NCBI RefSeq assembly: GCF_001194135.2
Contig: NC_068988.1
Span: forward strand, 25,082,129-25,131,735
From: Octopus bimaculoides
Taxonomy: Eukaryota
DNA length: 49,607 nt
Direction of reading: 5' to 3'
Positions 1 through 12,527 of this stretch are shown one piece after another. Positions within the stretch are counted from its first letter, which is position 1. Each line of letters opens with the position of its first letter. The position numbers and the translations under genes were made by a program. The notes under the pieces were generated by a model. That model was not told where the DNA came from. It did not search any database and saw only the letters and a list, made by a program, of their open reading frames with translations.

Positions 1-820
1 ATATATATATATATATATACCATGAAGTTAATAGTGTAGTAGTACCTTTAAAATACAGTTTCTTTATATTACATGCTTAAGAGCTAAATTTTTTTTCTAT
101 GTACTGAAGTACGCACTGATGTTTTCAGTCACTTACAATCAGCAGGCAGAGTCATTCTGCATGTGAAGTATTATTTAGTACACTTACACACATACACACA
201 CACACACACATACACACACACACATACACACACACATACAGACCACACACGCGCGCGCGTGCATACACACACATACACACAGAAGCACAAATACACACAA
301 ACACATACATGCACACATGGTTGAGAGGATCTGACAGTCGAAAACAACGCCCGTATCTCCCCCCCACCACACCTGCACAAGGTAGACACTCTGTCTTAAG
401 CCATTCACGAATGCACAATTAAATGTCTGTGTATGACAAACACGAACACATCCATACACGCATACACACACACACGCACACACACACACACACACACTCA
501 CACACACGCACATACAAACAATACAATATTAAAATAATACTTTGATAAATACAAAATTGATAAAAACAGACGCATACACATAGACACAGTGGTCGGCTTA
601 TCCACATATATATTATGACCATACATATACTCATACACTAACACTGCAATTACGTACATAGTTTACAAATAGATATTTCCTCATTTGCTTTTCTAAGACC
701 TTATGCATTGTATGTTAAACATCGCGATTAGACGCCTGCCATTTTAATCACCATATTCTACTCCGTTACTCTCATTTTCGTTTCTCTACAACTATATTGT
801 CTTTTCCCTATACACTTGCA

Positions 821-858
821 GCTTTCTGATGATGTACTGAAGTTGGAAACGTCAAAAG
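821..858 (+). ncRNA. Degenerate minimal hammerhead-ribozyme-like motif
   Basis: GCTTT-CTGATGA-tgtactgaagttg-GAAA-CGTC-AAAAG: exact CUGAUGA (826-832) and GAAA (846-849) boxes, a palindromic ACGT helix III and a GUC triplet. Helix I has 3 bp (TTT/AAA) and helix II is weak. Confidence 0.45.
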
Positions 859-1849
859 TATTGAGAAATTTATCATTCTCAATTTCATCGTCAAGATAAT
901 ACATTTCGTGTTCAGTTTGTCCTCTCAGTCTTCATTTTGTTAACAATTATGATTATACACAAATACGCAAATAACCTACGCATACACACATATATATATA
1001 TGCTGAAGCACAGATATTGCATATATACTTCATAGGTTGTGCGTGCATATGTGTATATACATATGCTCGAAACGTCAAAATCTCTCCCCTTTTACTGCAT
1101 CAATCTAATGCATTCCTTTTGCACGTTCTTTTGTTGTCTGTTATCGTTAATTTTATTGTTTATTTGAAATGACTATATATATATTGACAAACAGCTATAT
1201 ATGGATGTATCTCAAATCACTTTCTCGGTGGAACAGGTTTCTCAGGACAACAATTAAGGATGGAGCAATTGCATATAAATAGTTCTCACATTTGATGAGT
1301 AATGAACAGAGAAAAACATTTTGTTGTCACTTCTATTTTCACCTCGCTATCGCGACAACAAACACTTGTCCTTCACTGACACCATCAACACTTCAAGAGA
1401 TAATGTTGGTGAGAGCGAAAATAGAATCACCATCATTGTTGTAAACAAATGTAGGGTATTAGAGTTCAACCACTATCAAAGAAAACAATGCCGCCACGAT
1501 CATACACACTGAGAGAGTACAGGCACCAATGACCAGACATATGTTGCCTCGAGCCATGGCAAACAGCGCAATCAAAGCAGCAGCTGCGGTAACAGCCAAA
1601 ATATATAACGACAAACAGAACTTAATAGAGAAACTTCAGCAATAACATGAAGATTTGCAGATGCGGTCGAAGATTTGGTAGACGAAGATTATCGAAAATA
1701 CAGAAGTGTCTAAAAATAATTAAAACAGGTTTGTCAACACGAACTGCGTGGAGCGAACAGGGAAAAGGGTGAAGGATTACCATGAAATACATTTGACGTA
1801 TTTCTAACTTTCAGGGCCGTTTCCAATATATGTCCAGAAATCTGGCTGG

Positions 1850-1850
<1 letters not shown>

Positions 1851-1929
<79 letters not shown>

Positions 1930-1955
1930 CTGTGTGCGTGCGTGCGTGTGTGTGT
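1851..1955. repeat. (AT)n-(GT)n compound microsatellite
   Basis: Read directly from the sequence. It is one of dozens of AT/AC/GT/CT/GTAT/CTAT tracts in the window, e.g. 183-520, 5713-5935, 10802-10905, 13252-13330, 14865-15130, 22700-22850, 44030-44370, 48057-48250. Confidence 0.98.
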
Positions 1956-2415
1956 AACGTTGCGAAAATACCTAATTTTAGCCTACAAGCAGATTCTAAG
2001 AGACCAAATAATAAGCTTGACAGTATATTCCATGAGAAAATTGAGAGTTTGTCAATAATCAGCATTAAAATAATAAGCAATAGAAAGTAATTATGGCATT
2101 GCGCAAATGCGAGCTGATAAATTGAGAAAATAAACCGATTTAGTCGCTGAATTAATATATTATGGTAGGCAAATATTACTCCATAGAAATCTGATACAAC
2201 TGTACTCATATGCAAATATTTTCCTTAATCTAATGGATATTGACGGATTACATATTAGAATAGAGATGATTTGATTCTGCAAATTCTAATTCTAAGCATT
2301 GCAATTGTTCTTAGAGCAAAAATATATTCATGCGTATTTTCCAAAACGTACTGAATCTTTTTCTTACAAGAAAGAAAATTCCGGATTATTTCTCAAACCC
2401 CAGTCGACATACATA

Positions 2416-2416
<1 letters not shown>

Positions 2417-2467
<51 letters not shown>
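2417..2467. repeat. (ATT)17, i.e. the (TAA)n tail or target of the adjacent Dong/R4 LINE
   Basis: Pure trinucleotide tract directly abutting the 3' UTR of the minus-strand LINE. Confidence 0.9.
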
Positions 2468-4115
2468 GTTCAGTAGTTTTATTTTTATAACTTGCTTTCA
2501 CTTCACTACCGAGCGCAGCTCTGTGCGCCTTGGGTATGTGCTGTGGTTTGTTGTGGTGCTCTTATGTTTACTGTATTCAAAGTGTTTTGCGTAGAATGTA
2601 TGCAGTACCCAGTAGTGCAATTTTCTGTATGTTATATATATTTGTAAGTCCTGGTGTTTTTGTTATGTATTTGTCTGAATATGTTTTTATTATACCTAAG
2701 GCACCTACTATGATNNNNNNNNNNNNNNNNNNNNNNNNNNNNNNNNNNNNNNNNNNNNNNNNNNNNNNNNNNNNNNNNNNNNNNNNNNNNNNNNNNNNNN
2801 NNNNNNNNNNNNNNNNNNNNNNNNNNNNNNNNNNNNNNNNNNNNNNNNNNNNNNNNNNNNNNNNNNNNNNNNNNNNNNNNNNNNNNNNNNNNNNNNNNNN
2901 NNNNNNNNNNNNNNNNNNNNNNNNNNNNNNNNNNNNNNNNNNNNNNNNNNNNNNNNNNNNNNNNNNNNNNNNNNNNNNNNNNNNNNNNNNNNNNNNNNNN
3001 NNNNNNNNNNNNNNNNNNNNNNNNNNNNNNNNNNNNNNNNNNNNNNNNNNNNNNNNNNNNNNNNNNNNNNNNNNNNNNNNNNNNNNNNNNNNNNNNNNNN
3101 NNNNNNNNNNNNNNNNNNNNNNNNNNNNNNNNNNNNNNNNNNNNNNNNNNNNNNNNNNNNNNNNNNNNNNNNNNNNNNNNNNNNNNNNNNNNNNNNNNNN
3201 NNNNNNNNNNNNNNNNNNNNNNNNNNNNNNNNNNNNNNNNNNNNNNNNNNNNNNNNNNNNNNNNNNNNNNNNNNNNNNNNNNNNNNNNNNNNNNNNNNNN
3301 NNNNNNNNNNNNNNNNNNNNNNNNNNNNNNNNNNNNNNNNNNNNNNNNNNNNNNNNNNNNNNNNNNNNNNNNNNNNNNNNNNNNNNNNNNNNNNNNNNNN
3401 NNNNNNNNNNNNNNNNNNNNNNNNNNNNNNNNNNNNNNNNNNNNNNNNNNNNNNNNNNNNNNNNNNNNNNNNNNNNNNNNNNNNNNNNNNNNNNNNNNNN
3501 NNNNNNNNNNNNNNNNNNNNNNNNNNNNNNNNNNNNNNNNNNNNNNNNNNNNNNNNNNNNNNNNNNNNNNNNNNNNNNNNNNNNNNNNNNNNNNNNNNNN
3601 NNNNNNNNNNNNNNNNNNNNNNNNNNNNNNNNNNNNNNNNNNNNNNNNNNNNNNNNNNNNNNNNNNNNNNNNNNNNNNNNNNNNNNNNNNNNNNNNNNNN
3701 AAGGATGTTGTAGCTGTAGCTTATAACTGGGACAGCTAAAGTGTTGATACCCATTATCTTGTTTTTAGCATTGAGCTCTGTTTTTAGTATTGATCTAACT
3801 CGTCTATAGTACTCTTTCTTTATTTTTTCTTTCATTTGTGTATGTTGTATCCTATCTAGTTCATTGACTCCTAAATACTTGTGTGGTTGGCTTTCGTCTA
3901 GTTGTCTTATTTCATTGGCTTTATCTAGTGTTATCTTGCTGCTTTTAACTAATTTTCCTCTTTTCAGGGCTGCTTTGGCACATTTTTGTAATCCGAATTT
4001 CATATCTATTTCCTTGGTAAAGCCGTGTACTGTCTGTATTAGTGTTTCTAGCTCTTTGACGGTTTTAGCATATAATTTTAGGTGTTTCTAGCTCTTTGTC
4101 GTTTTTTGCATATAA

Positions 4116-4116
<1 letters not shown>
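2468..4116 (-). mobile_element. 5'-truncated R4/Dong-clade non-LTR retrotransposon (RT C-terminus to ORF end, 3' UTR), interrupted by a gap
   Basis: Minus strand reads LYAKTVKELETLIQTVHGFTKEIDMKFGLQKCAKAALKRGKLV...KYLGVNE...EYYRRVRSILKTELNAKNKIMGINTLAVPVISYS, which is RT domains 5-7 and the downstream region. Beyond the gap it reads IIVGALGII...TPGLTNIYNIQKIALLGTAYILRKTL, the typical end of restriction-like-endonuclease LINE ORFs, followed by a short UTR and (TAA)n. Confidence 0.88.
2715..3700. other. Assembly gap (first of ten)
   Basis: N runs at 2715-3700, 11058-11997, 15484-16024, 24902-24933, 27661-28022, 31355-31829, 37177-37186, 38230-38239, 41155-41831 and 42862-42871. Most abut microsatellites. 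Confidence 0.99.
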
Positions 4117-4163
<47 letters not shown>

Positions 4164-4227
4164 TATTATTATCATTATCATTATTATTATTATCATTATT
4201 ATTATTATTATTATCATTATTATTATC

Positions 4228-4280
<53 letters not shown>

Positions 4281-4284
4281 TATT
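4117..4284. repeat. (ATT/ATC)n compound trinucleotide microsatellite
   Basis: Read directly. It produces the poly-I, poly-N and poly-L ORFs in the track. Confidence 0.97.
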
Positions 4285-4292
4285 AACATTCA

Positions 4293-4445
4293 GGCGGCGT
4301 TCTGGCAGAATTGTTAGCGCAGCTGGCAAAATGCTTAGCGGTATTTCGTCCGTCCTTACGTTCTGATTTCAAATTCCGCACAGGTCGACTTTGCTTATCA
4401 TCCTTTCAGGGTCGACAAATTAAGTACCAAATTTCAGTAGAAAGG
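4293..4445 (+). mobile_element. tRNA-derived SINE, family A (Nin/Deu-like central domain)
   Basis: GGCGGCG..TGGCAGAA head, B-box-like ATTTCAAATTCC and core GTCGACTTTGC..TCATCCTTTCAGGGTCGACAAATTAAGTACC. It aligns by eye with the other family A copies in this window. Confidence 0.9.
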
Positions 4446-4903
4446 ATTATTATTATTATTGGGTGAGAGATCAGTGTATGCCGTGAAAGTGACATTGGAA
4501 TTAAATATACGAAGCCCAGTATACCCAACATGACCACTTATCTGTTAAGAGTACACTAGGCACATGCACCAAAACCATATGTGCGCGACATGGTGATCTC
4601 ACATCAAGATAAACAGCGCATGACCTTGCAGGTGGGCCCAGTCAGAATTTTCTCCATGTCGAGTAGCCCATCCTGGTCAAAATGTCCTCGAATCAGGGTT
4701 GTTTAAGGAAGTTGAATGAAACACAGATGTACCCAAAGGTGAACTATTCAAACTGCAAAGAATTCCTCTCAACACATGGTTATGATGCTCCCCCACTACT
4801 TCTGCTCGTAATCAGAGATGCACACATCGTCAGCCACTCAGTAACCTGCTAAACTGGTTAAGGTCAAACAACTGACAAACATATCAGTAGTATTGAGCAG
4901 AAA
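4446..4903 (-). mobile_element. Probable 3' UTR of a (TAA)n-tailed LINE
   Basis: GC-richer non-coding block ending in (AAT)5 on the minus strand. It resembles an abundant octopus repeat from memory; the family is not verified. Confidence 0.5.
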
Positions 4904-5171
4904 ACGATATATTGATGTGCATGTCTCTGAACTTGTTTACCAAAACTACCTAACTTTTCCTCTTTACATACTTACTTCCTCAAGAAAATAACATAAATGA
5001 AAAACATATTGGATAACGTATTCAGCGATAAATCATATCTCGGAGATTTTGGGCATGGATCTATACGATCAAGCTAACTGCGGGATTAAGCAAATGTTTA
5101 ACATTTTCGCAAAAATGCTAAAAAGTTTAAGCTGACGCGCATAGATGGTACCATACAGAGTAGTGAGTGAC

Positions 5172-5311
5172 AAATATTTTACTGTTATCAACCTCGAAAG
5201 GATAAAAGACAAATGTTGAACTACGCTGGATTTGACGTGAACACGAAATGAAGCTGAAATGTAGCGCAAATCGTATATTTCTTTGCGTTAACGAATCTGA
5301 CAGCTCACCGC
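5172..5311 (-). mobile_element. SINE family A, old diverged copy
   Basis: Reverse complement reads GCGGTGAGCTGTCAGATTCGTTAACG...GTCAAATCCAGCG...TTTTATCCTTTCGAGGTTGATAA. Confidence 0.75.
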
Positions 5312-5713
5312 TTCGTCCACAGGACTAAATAATGCAACGAAACATTTTGTTATCTGCTTTCATAACTCTACATACTCCGCTATTACTGCGAAACTTACTA
5401 TACAGGTTTCTTTCATAGCTGGAATGTCAGTACATAAGGTGTTAATATTTTTGCAAATTTCATTTTAGCAGTGAGGGCTAACTCTGTTTTGAGATCAACT
5501 GGTGCTGCATTGCTAAGAGATAGAATACTTGAAAAAAATATAACACTTTTTATCGATGATGTACTGTTGCATAAAATGATTTTGGTTTTTAATGGAATTA
5601 AGAACAATACACTTATCTATTCCTTGTTTTACTATATTTATTATATACTGCGTACTATTTGCACGTATGCATATCTGTGCACTTTTTATCAACGCAACCA
5701 CGAAGATATAGTT

Positions 5714-5787
<74 letters not shown>

Positions 5788-5809
5788 TTTATGTGTAAAT
5801 ATATATATG

Positions 5810-5907
<98 letters not shown>

Positions 5908-8365
5908 CACATATATATATATATATATACATATGCAGAAAGGGATAGCGATAGAAGGATGATATGTTTAGTAATACATACGGGTATAATATATATTTAC
6001 TTATATAATTGTCTTCCTATGTGTTTGTGCATACATTTATATCTGTATATAAGCGCATACATATGCTCATTTACATATAAATGTACATATGTATGCGTGT
6101 CCGTGTGTGTGTGCAAGTGTGTGTGTATGCATGCGTGCGTGTGTGTGTAATGCATACTAAGCCAGCCAAACTTCTTAGAAATGTGTATTAGACATATGTT
6201 TCTGTCTTGAACCCATCTTCATTTCTTAAAAGTTAATTATTTCTCTATTCAGAAAACAACGTAACTTTCTATAGAATCCTGCAAACTTATCGGTATCACA
6301 GTGAAAGTTTGACCATTTAATGGGACAAAAACATACTTCCATTAAACAAGATATATTTGCCAATAGCAATGGCGTATAAATAAGAAGTGAAAGCTCCATT
6401 TACTTCTGTTACGTATTGGAAATGTAAAAATAAATTGTGTTTCTAAAATTGCAGTGTACTCCATCTTTATGTAACAGTGGATTCAAATGTAATTTTACAT
6501 GGTCATTTACTTGCAAAAGCAAATAAGCTTGCATTGAGACACTTCTTTTTCTTATTCTACTACAGTTTGATGGAGAATATCTTGGGTTATTTTAATTGAA
6601 GATTTTAAGCAAATCTAAAAGAATCGCATTTAGTCAATATATTTTTCCGAATCCATTATTTTAGAATCTATTATTTTAAGGATTTTATAAAATTGAAATT
6701 TCAAGTAGAATCTGCATTACACCGCTTTGGATATTTCAGCACTTCCATCTATTTATAAAGCAAAACTAACGGAATTTATGAAGGTGAATTTCTTAGTGTC
6801 CAAGAATAAGAAAGCAGATTTCAATTTTAAAATATTGATCGAAGCAATTCATTACTTATAAACACACCAAGAGAAAGGAAATTAATTTAGGATCGAAAAC
6901 ATCGTGATGTAAATATACATGTTGCTCAGTGCAATGGCAGAAATTATCGACATACGAAAGAATGTGATCTCACCTTGTAAGCAATTTTGATTTTCGTTCA
7001 TACATCGTTGTATACATGTCCGCACATTATTTAAACATTGATATGTAAACTATATTCAACACTAGATCTTCACTACTTGGCGTAATCAAATTGATGAATT
7101 TTACTGATATATTTGATAGAAATTGAAGTTAAAATTAAGTTAACTTGAAACAAACTGATCATTGACTGGATGTATTCTTTCAGAACCTATCCAGATATTC
7201 AGCTATGTCCTTTAACATATATTGCGTTGATAGGAACGGAAATATCCCGGTTTATTTGCTAAAATCCTGGATGTAATTTAAAGCAATGAAAGTGTTAGGT
7301 CAATCTCCAATGCTTTCAACAGAAAGCGGAAAAGTATATTCTCTTCCTTGTACCAAGTGTAGTCACTTTGATTTTTGTTCAAATAATAAATTTGGTTTAG
7401 ATCTCCAATCAATTACACGAGTATATGTGGAGGCAAGTCAAACACACGACGGCAAAGTGTAATAGATTAAATTTACATGAGCTTGCAGTGGCTGATACAA
7501 ATCCTACGTCTCATAGGAAGCAGAGGCTGAAGCCCTAAGAGTAAAGTAATAATTGATGTTACGTACCTATGAATTGTATCAAATTTGAAGGCGGAACTGA
7601 ATAACGTAATAAAACAAAATTTTTTCTGCATAATTTTGCAATATCTCAGTACTTGATTGCTATCTTTAAAACTCTGTTAGATATTAGACCTCACTGATTA
7701 TATAACACTACACATTTTGCTTTAACTGAAAAATTTACTGTATGCTCTATTTTTAATTTTTTTAATTTTCATATCTGGAGTACCAATACATACACACACG
7801 CATATATAAATATATAGATACGCAAACACGTATTAATATATCAGCGGTATTATACATTGTGTACTTCTTATATCATTTGCATATTTAATCTACAACCGAA
7901 AATGAGCGTTAATTAAAATAGTTGTGAATACCTAATTTTAAAATTTCCACTTCATATTAATCCACTTTAAAATTATGCATTCAGTCTTACACTCCAGACC
8001 CTTGTAAATATTTCAAATGCATCTGTAATTATTACATTCAAACTAATTACAATATTTTCCAGTCCATATTAATGAAAGCTAGTTATTATGAAAGGTTATA
8101 TTAATTTATATGCAATTTCCAGAAAATGAATTTTAACGGTTAATTACGTATTATATACAAAAATAATTACTACCTGATACTGAAACAAAAATAACATCTA
8201 TATTGGAAACTAAAATACGTTATTTACGAACAACATAGCTGTACGAATGTAAAAGATCATGACAAAATTTGACCTTTAGGATATGATATTTCAATAAGTG
8301 TAACGCAGTCATTGACTTTTTACTTCTTTTTAACATATTGCAAGCACCATAATATATTTGAATAA

Positions 8366-8532
8366 GGTGGGTGAGCTGGTGGGATTTTTACCGTGCTGGA
8401 CAAAATACTTAGCGCATTTCTTCCGACATTACTTTCTGAATTCAAATGCCGACGGACCGATTTTGCATTTCACTCTTTCGGGGCCAATAAAATAAGTATC
8501 CGTTGGCCTTGTACCAAATTTTGAGACCAATA
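8366..8532 (+). mobile_element. SINE family A, diverged and internally deleted
   Basis: GGTGAGCTGG head, CTGAATTCAAATGCC B box, CTTTCGGGGCCAATAAAATAAGTA core and GGCCTTGTACCAAATTTTGAGACCAATA tail. Confidence 0.8.
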
Positions 8533-10810
8533 TAATTTACCCGAATATGTCGTCGTAACGTTTTCAGTTTATTAAATAAATCCTAACGGTATCTGTTTGA
8601 TAAGAAGTGGTCGAGTTAATTATTGGAAATGTCATCCACAGAAATAGCAAGGAAGGTTATAAGTTGATTGCTTTCAGTTAGGACAAATGTTCTCACTGTA
8701 CATTTTATAGCCAAGGTATATTGAAGAAGTGAACTTTGCTGTGATATTTAACGTATAAATTGCTAATTTTACGCTTGTGTGTTATTGATAACTTGTACAG
8801 TTTTATAGATTTATGAACGGAACCGATGCAACACAGACGTGTTTGCTATGAAAATATCGCACCAGTCGCAGGTTAACATACATACACATTTTATATAACT
8901 GTTTGGTTCACAGTCACCATAGACTCTGTTGTTACAACAAAATAAGTAGGTTGGATGTATAATTTGGTTTTATGATACTTCAAATTTTCGACATAAATAT
9001 CCCGCTCCTATTTCATTACTATTAAATCATTTACAATTTTGTAAGAGATATAACTCTGCCCTTTCTATGTATGATTTCCGTAACTATGTTATCAGAAACG
9101 GACTCTTACATTCAAACATTCAACTCACATAACACTTTAACTATAATTACTAGCCTAATGTATCCACACATCCGAATTATGATTCGAAAACTGTGATAGT
9201 GTTAATCTTAATTTCGATAGTTTTGTTTTTTTGTAACTTTATATTTTCGGAGATTAAACTTCATTTATTTATTGGTTTATTTACTGTATTTACTTCATTT
9301 CATTGGTTTATTTACTGTATTTATTTGAATTACTCTCCTCATTCGTGCTTTCCTCATGCAATGCTAATTTACTTCTTTTTTTACCATTCCAGTGACACTT
9401 GAAATTTTGCAAAACTAAAATATTCTAGTATCGCAGCTGCTCTTTTTCTGTTTTCTTTTCCCCGTATAGCAGAAGCAACTGGTATAAATTTAAGTAATTC
9501 TAGTGCACAGGACCTAATATAAAATCAAAATGTATCATGTATCTGTTAGAGATCTTGAAAACATATTAAAGTCTCTTATAATGTACATTACTTCGTTTTA
9601 TTTATATTAATGTCCATATTCGATTCCATCTCTGCAAAACAATTTATTCAACATTTTTCCTTTTCTAATTTTATCTAAGTGTTACTTTTAAAATGATGCT
9701 CGTCTTTATTTTTGGCACTTTTCTAAAACATTTTTAATTCAGTCGAATATTATATTAATATTAGTAAACGGATTTATGGCTTTAACATTATGAAATACCG
9801 AGAATTCCAATAAATTTTAAGAGTAAAAATCTCTTAATCTAAAATTGGAATTTAGAAAATTAAATTATTTTTTAACGGAGCATCACAAAATAATATTTTT
9901 ATTTGATTAATGGGTTTGTGCAAAAAGTTCCCAGTGTCAATTTCCATCTGAAACAGGAAATATATTTTACATTCGTGAATGAAATATAATGTTGGGAATT
10001 ACCTGACATTCTATGCCTCTGATTTAAATGGGTGGAACTTTTTACTACATTTTCCAACGTTCAAACCTTAGCAAATTAACATACCCCGCCCGGTATCAAA
10101 GTATTCATTTCATACGTTTCAATGTTTTGATTATTTAGACACGTGGATGACTGGCAGCTGCTATGATTTTGTAGGTTCTGTTACCAAAGAATCAAGCAGG
10201 ATATTTGCATTCTTATTAATATGAAATGACCTTCCATTATTAGCATTATTATTGTTAATACTATTCTTATTACTAGTATTGATTACTAGTATTAATTTCA
10301 ACAGACATGCTTAACATGCTAGCATCCTGTTTCGCTAATTTATTCAATAAAAATATATTAAGAAATTATCATCGTCACTTTCCTTTTCGTATTGAGTGTC
10401 AATAAATACAGTCACATATATTCTTACTTTTGTAAGTATATTCATTCGCCAGCCATCACTGTTTCGGTTTATTTAAATAGTGTTTTAATCACATGTACTT
10501 CCATAATTTTAGCCAAGATTCTCATAGTTCAAACTTAACAACGTACCTGTTAAACAGCCAGCCATTTATTGCTAATGGAGGGGGAAATGATAATAATAAT
10601 TATAATTGTAAAGATAATATGAACTATATTAATATGTATCAACATTAAATTGTGTCCTCAGAATCGCCTGGATGTGAGAGGAAAAAGAAGCTGACACAAT
10701 TATACTATGGACTATATTTTTATGGAAAATCTGTAATTAATCTGAAATCTTAATATAGGAAAAGCGTTCATTACCATCATGGCTAGGCTTAAAACTGGTT
10801 GATCTATATA

Positions 10811-10841
<31 letters not shown>

Positions 10842-10850
10842 GTCTATCTA

Positions 10851-10899
<49 letters not shown>

Positions 10900-11997
10900 G
10901 CCTGTCTTTTAGGTCGTTCAACTTTTCCCAACTGATCAATAGACGAATTCAAGAAACCTATCAGTAACGAACCTATAATGACCACAGGAAACAGTTGTAA
11001 GCCAAATTTACTCAAAGAAAAAATACGTACTGAACAATATTTATATCTTGTTTGATANNNNNNNNNNNNNNNNNNNNNNNNNNNNNNNNNNNNNNNNNNN
11101 NNNNNNNNNNNNNNNNNNNNNNNNNNNNNNNNNNNNNNNNNNNNNNNNNNNNNNNNNNNNNNNNNNNNNNNNNNNNNNNNNNNNNNNNNNNNNNNNNNNN
11201 NNNNNNNNNNNNNNNNNNNNNNNNNNNNNNNNNNNNNNNNNNNNNNNNNNNNNNNNNNNNNNNNNNNNNNNNNNNNNNNNNNNNNNNNNNNNNNNNNNNN
11301 NNNNNNNNNNNNNNNNNNNNNNNNNNNNNNNNNNNNNNNNNNNNNNNNNNNNNNNNNNNNNNNNNNNNNNNNNNNNNNNNNNNNNNNNNNNNNNNNNNNN
11401 NNNNNNNNNNNNNNNNNNNNNNNNNNNNNNNNNNNNNNNNNNNNNNNNNNNNNNNNNNNNNNNNNNNNNNNNNNNNNNNNNNNNNNNNNNNNNNNNNNNN
11501 NNNNNNNNNNNNNNNNNNNNNNNNNNNNNNNNNNNNNNNNNNNNNNNNNNNNNNNNNNNNNNNNNNNNNNNNNNNNNNNNNNNNNNNNNNNNNNNNNNNN
11601 NNNNNNNNNNNNNNNNNNNNNNNNNNNNNNNNNNNNNNNNNNNNNNNNNNNNNNNNNNNNNNNNNNNNNNNNNNNNNNNNNNNNNNNNNNNNNNNNNNNN
11701 NNNNNNNNNNNNNNNNNNNNNNNNNNNNNNNNNNNNNNNNNNNNNNNNNNNNNNNNNNNNNNNNNNNNNNNNNNNNNNNNNNNNNNNNNNNNNNNNNNNN
11801 NNNNNNNNNNNNNNNNNNNNNNNNNNNNNNNNNNNNNNNNNNNNNNNNNNNNNNNNNNNNNNNNNNNNNNNNNNNNNNNNNNNNNNNNNNNNNNNNNNNN
11901 NNNNNNNNNNNNNNNNNNNNNNNNNNNNNNNNNNNNNNNNNNNNNNNNNNNNNNNNNNNNNNNNNNNNNNNNNNNNNNNNNNNNNNNNNNNNNNNNN

Positions 11998-12035
<38 letters not shown>

Positions 12036-12250
12036 CGTGTGTGTATATGTTTGTGTGTCTGTGTTTGTCCCCACAACATCACTTGAAAACCGATGCTGGT
12101 GTGTTTACGTCCCCGTAACTTAGCGGTTCGGAAAAGGGGCGATAGAATAAGTACGAGGCTTAAAAAATAATAAGTCCTGCGGTTGACTTTTTCAAGTAAA
12201 AGATGGTGCTCCAGCATGGCCACAGTCACATGAAAGAAACAAGTAAAAGA
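11998..12250 (+). mobile_element. tRNA-derived SINE family B, 3' half (5' part in the gap)
   Basis: (AT)(GT) tract, then GTTTGTCCCC..CGATGCTGGTGTGTTTACGTCCCCGTAACTTAGCGGTTCGG...GCTCCAGCATGGCCACAGTC..AAACAAGTAAAAGA. It matches the full copy at 26732-27192. Confidence 0.9.
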
Positions 12251-12312
12251 TCAGCGAAGAAAGCATCTACATATTTATCTGCTTCCTTTGTAGATATATT
12301 TACCTGATATAT

Positions 12313-12527
12313 GCAGCGAGCTAGCAGAATCGTGTGCACGCCAGGTCAATGCTTGGCGGCATTTCGTCCGCCTTTACGTTCTGAATTCAAACTACATTGA
12401 GAGTGGCTTACCCTTTCATTCTCATGGGGTCGGTAACATGAGTACTAGTTGAACACTCGGATCGATGCCATCGACAAACACCCTTGCCCGTAATTGCTGG
12501 CCTTGTGCCAAAATTTGCGACCAATAT
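12313..12527 (+). mobile_element. SINE family A, diverged
   Basis: GCAGCGAGCTAGCAGAATCG head, CTGAATTCAAA, GGGGTCGGTAACATGAGTACTAG core and GGCCTTGTGCCAAAATTTGCGACCAATA tail. Confidence 0.82.

Noticed and set aside
6358-6385. CCAAT followed by TATAAATA
   Set aside because: The spacing is too short for a canonical CCAAT-TATA promoter, and no downstream exon is identifiable.
7286-7462. ATG-initiated 58-aa ORF (MKVLGQSPMLSTESGKVYSLPCTKCSHFDFC...)
   Set aside because: No recognisable motif, and many ORFs of this length are expected by chance in 45 kb of six-frame AT-rich DNA.
9270-9330. Short local tandem duplications (also 21073-21108, 27219-27270, 43590-43620)
   Set aside because: Each has two copies with no spacer architecture. 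These are ordinary slippage duplications, not CRISPR-like arrays.
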